From Candidatus Woesearchaeota archaeon (GTDB taxonomy: Archaea > Nanobdellota > Nanobdellia > Woesearchaeales > CAZJJJ01), in the NCBI GenBank assembly GCA_046538795.1, contig JBKHIF010000001.1, forward strand, positions 1 to 53,764: DNA of 53,764 nucleotides. Direction: 5' to 3'. Positions 36,639-45,800 of this stretch are shown here, one piece after another. How positions within the stretch are numbered: the first letter of the stretch is position 1; every line of letters starts with the position of its first letter. The notes below the pieces were generated by a model. It had not been told where the DNA came from. It ran no database searches and saw only the letters and a program-made list of their open reading frames with translations. The position numbers and the translations under genes are program-made.

Positions 36639-36935
36639 CTAGACAATGATGCAGCACTGCTCGTCATCATTAGGTTCGCCATTCATCCTGTAACAGACCA
36701 GATCATTTCGTCTCCTTCCTGTTGAAGATGGGCCATTTTCACTCTTTGCAATTGCATCGCACGAACCTCTTCCCAGATCAAAGCACTGCCCTCCTGCAGA
36801 TTCACAGGATTTTGCTTGAATATTAAATATGTTAAGCCTCCCCATAAAAATCAATGAGACTGTAACAAGAACAAGCAATGCAAGCGCTGCAATAATGATA
36901 AAATTCATGCTTAAATCAGCTTTCTTATTATTCAT
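36639..36935 (-). CDS. Small Cys-rich pilin-like protein (~98 aa); major-pilin candidate
   Basis: MNNKKAD-LSMNFIIIAALALLVLVTVSLIF, then SCESAGGQCFDLGRGSC...QCC. GAGGTG lies 7 nt upstream of ATG 36935. The track start at 36944 is GTG. Confidence 0.75.
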   Translation of the reverse strand: MNNKKADLSMNFIIIAALALLVLVTVSLIFMGRLNIFNIQAKSCESAGGQCFDLGRGSCDAIAKSENGPSSTGRRRNDLVCYRMNGEPNDDEQCCIIV

Positions 36936-36984
36936 GAAAGACACCTCTTGATGATGATTATCAAGTAGATAATTATCTTACTCC

Positions 36985-36993
36985 TATATAAAA
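36985..36993 (-). promoter_or_regulatory. TATA-box-like element in the only sizeable intergenic gap of the pilin array
   Basis: The minus strand reads TTTTATATA, ~50 nt upstream of ATG 36935, within the 119-nt gap 36936-37054. Confidence 0.35.
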
Positions 36994-37054
36994 TTTTTCA
37001 TATGGCAAGCGTAGTAAAAACAGTTTTTGATAAATGTTCTGACGTTGTGTGCTA

Positions 37055-37606
37055 TCAGTTGCATATCCAGGTCTCTATCACAAGAGTATTAGGATACAAA
37101 GGAAGAGGATGCCTATCCACCTTTCTTTCCTGCATAGGACACAAATCATCTACTGACTGCTGATCTGATGATGCAAACATCAAATCAGGTATCATATCTC
37201 CGTTTACAGACATGTTTATGAAATATTTTCTGTTCCAGACGCGAAGAGTATCTTCAAGTATCAGGTTTATGGTTTGGGAAGCGTACAAGCAGGAACTTTC
37301 GCCATTTTCACAATTTATCCTTGGATCATCAGGGTTTTTTGCGCAATCGACCAATAGATCTCCTATGTCAAGGTCATTGCAGTCTCTGGTCCTTGTGTTT
37401 ATTATTGCATTTATAGTATTACTTGCAAGCTCTGATTTCTGATAGCTCTGCCTTATTTCAGTTGGCCTGTTGTCAAGTTCTGATTTTATTACAAGAACCA
37501 ATGCGACAGATATAAGCATGACTATAAAAAGAAGTCCAAATACTTCTGCCTGAGCCTTTCTGCTTTTCTCTTCTTTTTTAAGCTGTTTGGTATTTTTTTT
37601 CGCCAT
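37055..37606 (-). CDS. Pilin-like (class III signal) protein, 183 aa
   Basis: ..KKEEKSRKAQ-AEVFGLLFIVMLISVALVLV, with 6 Cys in the mature part. Confidence 0.7.
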   Translation of the reverse strand: MAKKNTKQLKKEEKSRKAQAEVFGLLFIVMLISVALVLVIKSELDNRPTEIRQSYQKSELASNTINAIINTRTRDCNDLDIGDLLVDCAKNPDDPRINCENGESSCLYASQTINLILEDTLRVWNRKYFINMSVNGDMIPDLMFASSDQQSVDDLCPMQERKVDRHPLPLYPNTLVIETWICN

Positions 37607-37624
37607 GTTGAATATCTGAATATC

Positions 37625-38155
37625 TCACACTATACTTTTTCCAGGTTCATAATATAGGACTTCCATGTATCCAAAATAATAAGCCTTTTCTCTTGAATCA
37701 TATACAGATAATGGGAGCTGGATTGCGATTTGCGAAGTCTCTTCAAGCTCATTTTCATATAAAATCCAGGATCTTTGGTTTGGATATACTTCAGTAATAG
37801 TAATCATGCTATACCTGAAATAAGGATAATAATATTCCTGATTTTGTCTTAATATATCTTCAGCAGCTTCAACTTTCAGGAAATCAACGCAATTTTCTTT
37901 TTTTACATTATTGAAGCTGCATGCAACCTCAGGCAGGGTTGAAAAAATCTGGGCAAGCTGGACAGTCTCCCTGCTTGTCTGTTCTGACTGTATGTTCTGT
38001 ACATTGCCTTTTTGCCATCTCACATAAAAAACAAGACCAAATATAAGAAGGATAAGAAATATAAAAAGCACCATTATGGTCTCGCCCATCTTGATGTCCT
38101 GTGCTTTTTTACTGATGTTGAATATTTTATAATGATCTTTTTTCATCCATATCAT
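37625..38155 (-). CDS. Pilin-like (class III signal) protein, 176 aa
   Basis: ..FNISKKAQ-DIKMGETIMVLFIFLILLIFGLVF. Confidence 0.7.
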   Translation of the reverse strand: MIWMKKDHYKIFNISKKAQDIKMGETIMVLFIFLILLIFGLVFYVRWQKGNVQNIQSEQTSRETVQLAQIFSTLPEVACSFNNVKKENCVDFLKVEAAEDILRQNQEYYYPYFRYSMITITEVYPNQRSWILYENELEETSQIAIQLPLSVYDSREKAYYFGYMEVLYYEPGKSIV

Positions 38156-38159
38156 CTTC

Positions 38160-39260
38160 TCAATAGATTACATCACAGCTTTTTATCTGTGCTTCCTGGT
38201 TCTGATCTTTTAAGCTTTCTGCATAGCTTATCATGTTTGCATATTCATCCATATAATCTCCTGAATTCATGATTTCATAAGAAGATTCATTTATATCCCT
38301 GAATATGTTTCGTGCAGCACTATATACGCTTGAACACGCAGGATCATGCTCTATTGTACGATAATATACCTGCATATCTATTATTTTTTCCCAAAATACA
38401 TTGTTTATGTAATTAAGCCTCCTGAAAGCCTTTCTCATATTGCAGTCATAATACTCTTTTGTATCTGAAAATACTGCCCCGAAAAGCGATGCAGAACCCA
38501 GGTAATATGATTCAGCAAAAGCATTTGATCCAGAATCTATTATTTCCGCTTCATAAAATCTCAACTCTCCGTTTTCATAAGGCGCATCAGAAAAAAAGGG
38601 AATGATCGAAATCGCTGATACCTTATTTCCCTTATCAAGAAACTCCTCTCTCAAAAAAGCAAGATCATTTGCTTGAACACCCATGCTAAGATAAATGACC
38701 CGTGTATTCATGTCATTCAAATTATAGATATCTCCAATATCAGTATAATAATCAGCAGTAAAATGATTTGGAATAGTATCATTGATATATTCCTTCAAAA
38801 CCACTGACCCAGCATTACCTTCATCATACAAGAAAATATAACGTGATTGTGTTGACGAGATAAATAGAAAATTCATGATGCTGTACGGAAGATTCCAGTT
38901 ATATGACCAGGTGACAAGATTCTGACCTTTAAGTTCCATAGGAGCAAAAGTAACATCTGACGATATCTGTGTTGTAAGTCCTGACACCTCATAGACAGAA
39001 TATCCTGAATCTTCACATATAAAATTAATTTCTATGTCAGAAGTCCTTATGAGTGAAGAAGTGCCTGAACCCAGCCTTGCTCCTTCAAATATAGATGCAA
39101 GGTTTTCTTTCACTCTTGCATTTATCGCAACAGTTGCAGAAGATTTTTGCCTTACTGCCATCATTGTAAAAAAACCAAGTATCACAGCACCGGCTACAAG
39201 AATGAATATCCAATTAAACTGCACAGTTATCTGAGCTTTTTTTCTTGATTCAAAGATCAT
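38160..39260 (-). CDS. Pilin-like (class III signal) protein, 366 aa
   Basis: MIFESRKKAQ-ITVQFNWIFILVAGAVILGFFTMMAV. Confidence 0.7.
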   Translation of the reverse strand: MIFESRKKAQITVQFNWIFILVAGAVILGFFTMMAVRQKSSATVAINARVKENLASIFEGARLGSGTSSLIRTSDIEINFICEDSGYSVYEVSGLTTQISSDVTFAPMELKGQNLVTWSYNWNLPYSIMNFLFISSTQSRYIFLYDEGNAGSVVLKEYINDTIPNHFTADYYTDIGDIYNLNDMNTRVIYLSMGVQANDLAFLREEFLDKGNKVSAISIIPFFSDAPYENGELRFYEAEIIDSGSNAFAESYYLGSASLFGAVFSDTKEYYDCNMRKAFRRLNYINNVFWEKIIDMQVYYRTIEHDPACSSVYSAARNIFRDINESSYEIMNSGDYMDEYANMISYAESLKDQNQEAQIKSCDVIY

Positions 39261-39279
39261 GGTAAAATCACACGATTAA

Positions 39280-39804
39280 TCAGGAAAAGCTTATGATTGC
39301 CTTGTTGCCTCTTCCTTCAGCCCAAAATACAACCCTCGAGCGCTTCTCATCAATACACACATATCCACCCTCAATCTCAATCTTATCTACATGAAAAGAT
39401 GCACCTGCATATCTGTCAACAAGAAATACATTTCTTCCTTCAGGACCCATCCACCCCTGTGAATCTTTCCAGTAATTATAGATCACAGGATATTTGCTTT
39501 TAAAAGAAGTATCAGATATCTCATCAGGATGTTTTCCAAGATCTATTATGCATAACTTGTCAAAATTTCCCGGCATCAAAAGGTTTATCTCTTTTCTTGA
39601 TCTGTATTCCTGGGTTATAGCATCAATCTCATTTTGAAGAGTATTTTTAAATTTCACATAATTGATATCGTTTCCCTGTTTCATGACTCCGCCGATTATT
39701 TTTGAACCAAAAAAAACGACAAAACCGATCATAAATAAAGTCATCACCATCATAAGAACATGAGACTGCGGCTGTCCTTTCCTGTTTTTAAATAAAAGCA
39801 TCAT
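39280..39804 (-). CDS. Pilin-like (class III signal) protein, 174 aa
   Basis: MMLLFKNRKGQ-PQSHVLMMVMTLFMIGFVVFF. The ATG overlaps the TGA stop of the 2063-aa gene (ATGA), implying translational coupling. Confidence 0.7.
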   Translation of the reverse strand: MMLLFKNRKGQPQSHVLMMVMTLFMIGFVVFFGSKIIGGVMKQGNDINYVKFKNTLQNEIDAITQEYRSRKEINLLMPGNFDKLCIIDLGKHPDEISDTSFKSKYPVIYNYWKDSQGWMGPEGRNVFLVDRYAGASFHVDKIEIEGGYVCIDEKRSRVVFWAEGRGNKAIISFS

Positions 39805-42800
39805 TTACGTCCACCTTTTGAAGACTGGCTTGATTGTTTCTTTCTGTTTTGGGTCTTATTTGAAATCTGTTTTTTTGATGAATCAGCTTTTGAAGCAGAT
39901 GGTCTGGTTCCCATATCTCCTATATCATCAAAAAGACCATTTATATCTTTTTCTGAAACATGTTTTATTTTGTCTGTCTGTTGTTCTTTTTGAGCGATGT
40001 CTTTTTTTAGCATCTTAGTGAAATCTTCTGAAGAAATTTCAGCAGGATTATCTGTTTCTTTAGATTGAAGTTTCTTTTCTTCTTCCATCTCTTTTTTTAT
40101 ATCTTCATCAAATCCGCTCATGTCAAAAACATCTTTTCTATCCTTATTCTGAGAATTCTTGCTATTATCAGTAAAACCATTATTCTGGGATGCTTGTTTC
40201 AAAAAAGTGTCCTGTGTATTTTCAGAATCTTTTTTCTGCATATTTTTTTGCATGTTTTCAGCAGGAATTTGTATTGATTGGATGTTCTTTTTTAGTGTTT
40301 CAGAAGCTGATCCTGGCTTTTTATCTTTAACTTCTGTTGATTTATCTGAAACCTTGCTCTTATTGTTGTCAAAAGATGACATTGCATTTTTTGAAGCATT
40401 TCCTGAAAATGGTTTCTGTCCTTGAGTTTTTGCAGAACTATTTTTGTCAGAACCAGATAATTTCAAATCATCTTTGGAAATATCCTTTGAATTGTCATTT
40501 GATGTATCTAATATATTTGACCCATAATCATTTGAAAACGATGAGAAAATATCATCTCTTTTTTTCTTTGACTGCTTTGTCCTGAAATTTTTCAGAAGAT
40601 TTTGACCAGGCGTCTTGTTGCTCAATCCCAGATCATCTTTCTTACCAAGACCCAGCGCGTTTCCGATTCCATGACCAATGTTCTGCATGGCATCAGAAAA
40701 TCCTCCCCAAGCTCCCTGAGGCTGGCTTGCAACCTCAGATTTTGCGTCCATTGACTGAGATGCGTCAGACATTCTGTTTCCATCCAGATCAAGACCTGTT
40801 CTGCCAGGATCTTTTGGAAGCCAGGAACCCGGGGTATAATGAGGTATCTCAATATTTGCTTTCCTGAAGAAATCTCTTACCCCCTTATCATCAAGGAACT
40901 GGTCAAATTCAGTCATCCACTTATCTACATAAGGCATTATCTCATAACGCTTCCAGTAAACTACATATCCTCCGCCGCCAAGAAGGAGAAGTATTATCAA
41001 AATTATTATTATCCATGTCCATGGAGAACCAGGCTTGTCATCAGGATCAAGATTGTTTCTCTCTTCCCAACGATCAGTCATTCCATCATTGTCACGGTCA
41101 CTGTCCCTTCCTGAAGAACCAGACTCATCTTCAGGATCATCTTCTTCAGGTTCAGGATTCGTATAGCCAGAACCATCTGATCTTTTGCACCTATCCCGCA
41201 TGCAATTATTTGTCTTGCAATCAGAATCTTCTTCGCAGTCTGAATCAACCTCACAGGCAGGACATGAACCGCCACAATCTATGTCGCTTTCATCATTATT
41301 CTTAATTTCATCTGTGCAGGTTTCAGGAAGAGCTATGCATGTATTAGTCGAATCATCACAAAGCCCAGAACTACAGTCAGCATCCCTTGTGCAATCCATG
41401 TCAAGTTCACACTGTTCACAGCTTCCGCCGCAGTCAACATCGGTTTCATCATTATTCTTAACTCCATCAGAACAAGTATCAGGCATCTCAATGCATGTCA
41501 ATCCTAAAGGATCACATGAAGCTGAAATGCAGTCTCCAGAATCAAGGCAGTCCTCTCCTATGTCACACCCAGGACACGTTGGTCCGCCGCAGTCAGTATC
41601 TGATTCAAAACCATTGCTAATACCATCATCACATGTAGGAAGAGGAGCGCGGCATTTATTTTCATCAGGATCGCAATTTCCTGATATACAGTCTGAATCA
41701 TCCTCGCATCTGTCTCCGCTTGAACATTTTCCGCAATTTCCACCGCAATCAACATCAGTCTCATCGCCATTTTGTATGCCATCATTGCACGGATCAGAGA
41801 GGCATTTTAACAAGGTATCATGACAGAGATTATTTACACAGTCAGAATCAACAGAACAATTTAATCCTGTGCTGCATGGAGAACATGAGCCGCCGCAGTC
41901 AACATCGGTTTCATCATTATTCTTAACTCCATCTGAGCAGGATTCATCCAATTCGACCCTGCAAGTTCCATCTACGCAATCATAATTATGACAATCTGTA
42001 TTTACAAGACAAGATAGCCCGGGATCACATCTCTGAAAATCAGGAGATGATTTGCATGAGCCGCCGCAGTCAACATCGGTCTCATCGCCATTTTGTATGC
42101 CATCATCGCATGAGGGGGTTGCACACATATCAGTAGAATTGCAAAAACCATTTGCACAATCAGAATCTGATGTGCAGTTCAAACCATCTTGGCATTTAAG
42201 ACAGCTTCCGCCGCAGTCAACATCGCTTTCATCCTGATTCTTAACGCCATCAGAACACGTTTGAGGAATTACCTGACAGGTATCTGAAGATCCGCATATC
42301 ATTCCATTCTGGCAATCTTCATCTTCATTGCAGTTCTTGCCTGAACCGCATCCTGAACAAGAACCTCCACAATCAACATCGGTCTCAAGACCGTTTCTTT
42401 TTCCATCAGAGCATGTAGGTTTTGCGCAAAAACCTGCATCAGAATCACAATATAATCCTGTTTTGCAATCATTTCCAGTGCTGCAATTCTGGCCTTCATC
42501 GCATCTTCCACACTCACCACCGCAGTCTATATCTGTTTCTCCATAATCTGGATTGTAATCTCCGTTCTGGCAGTAAGGAGGAATTGTCAAAACTCCGCAT
42601 ATTCCTGTGTCAAGACAGGTTCCGCTCATACAGTCAGAATCAAGATTGCAGTCATCTCCATTTTCACAATTCTTGCATGGTCCTCCGCAGTCAATATCGC
42701 TTTCTCCTGAATTCAATTCTCCATTTGAGCATGATTCTTCAATACAATTTCCTGTGACTGGATCACAGATCTCTGACCAGCAATCAGAATCAACAGAACA

Positions 42801-45800
42801 ATTAAGACCATCTGGACAAGCTCCGCATTCTTCACCGCCGCAATCAACATCGGTCTCAAGACCATCAATAACTTCATTAGAACATGTATCAGGAACCTCT
42901 TCAGCACAGGAAATTCCATCAACACAATTATAATTTTCGCAGTCAGTATTCACTTTGCATGATTCACCTGATGCACACCTCTGGAAATGAGGATAAGATT
43001 TGCATGTGTTTCCACCGCAGTCAACATCGGTCTCAAGACCATTTTGCACCTCATCAGAGCATGTTGGTGATGTGCAAAATCCTAAAGCATTGCAAAAATT
43101 GCTTCTGCAGTCTGAATCTGAATCACATTCCATCTGATTTTCACATGCTAAACAACTTCCACCGCAGTCAACATCGGTTTCATCATTATTCTTAACTCCA
43201 TCAGAACAAGTTGCTGGAATAACCTGACATGTTCCTGAAGAATCGCAGTGAAGTCCTGATGAGCAATCTGAATCAAAATTACATCTCTTGTTTAGACCGC
43301 ATTGATCGCAATTTCCTCCGCAGTCAATATCTGTTTCAAGACCATTTTCTCTATTATCATTGCAAGAAGGTCTTGAACATACCTCATTTGTACAAAATAA
43401 TCCTGTATAACAATCTGAATCAGAAGTGCAGTTCTTTCCTTCAGGGCATCCCGGACAATCTCCACCGCAATCAATATCAGCCTCCCCTGATTCAAAGATG
43501 CCGTTTTCACATTGTGCCAAAACAGGCTCATCATGGCACCTGCCATTATAACACTCTCCGGAAATGCAGTCACTGTCTATTTCGCAATAATTTCCATCTT
43601 CACATGGTCCACATATTCCGCCGCAATCAACATCAGTCTCGCCATCATCAATCACATCATTAGTACAAGGATCTTCAACACATAATCCTGAATCACATAT
43701 GTTTGACTGGCAGTCTGAATCTGAATTGCATGATTTGCCATTAGCACACGCTCCACAGGTTGTTCCACCGCAATCAACATCACTTTCAGTGCCATCTTTC
43801 TCATCATTGCTGCATGTTGCCGGAGTTTCCTGACAAAGTCCATCACTGCAAAGATAGCTTTGACAGTCAGTATTTACCTTGCAGTTATCTCCGCCTTCAC
43901 ATCTCAAATAATGAGGATAAGATTTGCAGTTTTCACCCCCGCAATCCTCATCTGTTTCTTTGTTATTTACAAAACCATCGTAGCATGTAGCTTCAGCGCA
44001 ATAACCAAATTCATCTCCATCATTGTCAGGATGACAAAACAGGCCGCTAAGGCAATCTGAATCTTCTCTGCATTGTTCCCCTTCTGTACATTTCCAGCAG
44101 TTTCCGCCGCAGTCAATATCGCTTTCCTCTCCGTTAAGTATATTGTCATCACATTCAGGATCCTTTTCTCCACACACATTATTTTCTGATCTGCATATGT
44201 ATATAGGACCCTGACAGTCTGAATCATATTCACAATTTTTTCCAGGACTACATGGACCGCATGAGCCTCCGCAGTCAACATCAGTCTCATCTCCATTCTG
44301 CCTGTTGTCATCACATCTAGGAACAGCGCAGACATCATTTGAATTGCAGTAAAGCTCGCTTGTGCAGTCGGAATCCTCTTCACACCCTGCACCCTCAGTA
44401 CATCTTGCGCAGCTTCCACCGCAGTCTGTACCAGTCTCATCTCCGTCAATCACACCATTATGGCAAAATACACCCGGATCTTCACACTTTCCAAAGATGC
44501 AAGGCATTGAGTCACAGTCAGAGTAAGAATTACACATCTGTCCATGACCGCATTTCAAATTACAATCTCCACCGCAGTCAACATCAGATTCAGAAGATAA
44601 AGAAGAAATCTCTCCATCAGAACACAATGCTTCAAAACTTTGGCATATTCCTTCTCCGCAAAAAAGACCATACTGGCAGTCATCTTCTGATATGCATCCT
44701 TCTCCCAAAGGACATCCCGGACAATCTCCGCCGCAGTCGATATTTCCATCAAGAGAACCAGTTTCGCCATCCCTTGCTCTTATTACTCCATCTATGCAAT
44801 GGCCAGGAGGATCAGAACATACACCGCCATCGCAATATCCGCTCTGGCAGTCTGTATGTTCATTGCATGATCTGCCTTCAGCACAAAGTATGCCCTCTTC
44901 TCTGCAGGTTCCGCCGCAGTCAAGGTCAGTTTCCCCATAATTTTGAATCTCATCATTGCAATGATCAAGAACAGAACTATCTACTGTCACCCCATCACTT
45001 GACATGACTGTGCTTTCTTTTCCCGCAAAATCTATTGCAAGAACCCTTACATCATATGTAATTCCATTATTTAGTGAAAGTCCTTCTATATCTAATTCAC
45101 ATTCAGCAGAACCATCATTATCATCAGATTCACAATAAGGACTCTCTGAAACCACGATCGTTCTCGCATTTCCCATGGCTGCATCCTGCACATGGTACTT
45201 GAAACCATAAATACCTGATGTTGCATCCTGCCCTGAAAATTTTACATGAAGCTTGTCAGGAAAAGGGCTTGTCTCAGGATAATCCGGATCTATAGTTGTA
45301 TCATCAACTTCTATCATAGAAGGACTGTCTGTATCTATTATAGGATCTATCACCAAAGGAAATGAATCGCTTACAATGCCTTCTGCCTCGCTCCTGCACA
45401 CAATTTTCACAGGAGTTTCAGCTATTCTGGAAAAGGCTATCTGAAATCTGTTTTCCCCACTCGCATCATTCAAAGTATATGACATGTCATCAAAATCAGT
45501 AGTGCTGCCTTCTCCGCCTGATGCTCTGCATTCTGCTTCTCTGTTTGTCTCAACTATGATATCAAAATTCATATCCTGAACAAAATGAGATACTGGTTCT
45601 ATCGGAGTTATGGAAGTTGTCCCAAGATCTACCATGAAATAGAAATTGTCTGTTGTACCGCCAACATGTCCTGCATCATCAATCGCTGTAACACGAAACC
45701 AGTAGCGGTGAAATTCAATTAAAGGATCATCAGATCTGAAATAAAATGTCTGATTATCATCTTCTTTTGATTCAAGATGCAAAGGAACATCCTGATCATC

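Noticed and set aside
36371-36725. Plus-strand ORFs 36371..36649 and 36396..36725, overlapping the two small pilin genes.
   Set aside because: The minus-strand products share a conserved N-terminal signal and cysteine pattern with each other and with their neighbours. The plus-strand ORFs have no such support.
41185-41823. 212-aa plus-strand ORF. Similar ones lie at 42052..42237, 42328..42546, 42607..42933, 44339..45007 and 44692..44940. All are rich in periodic PPQSTSVSS motifs.
   Set aside because: These are mirror images of the minus-strand repeat: the reverse complement of the codons for E-T-D-V-D-C-G-G reads P-P-Q-S-T-S-V-S. The minus-strand frame is open for 2063 codons and has a coherent signal, repeat and TM architecture. 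The antisense ORFs are artefacts of that repetitive coding sequence.
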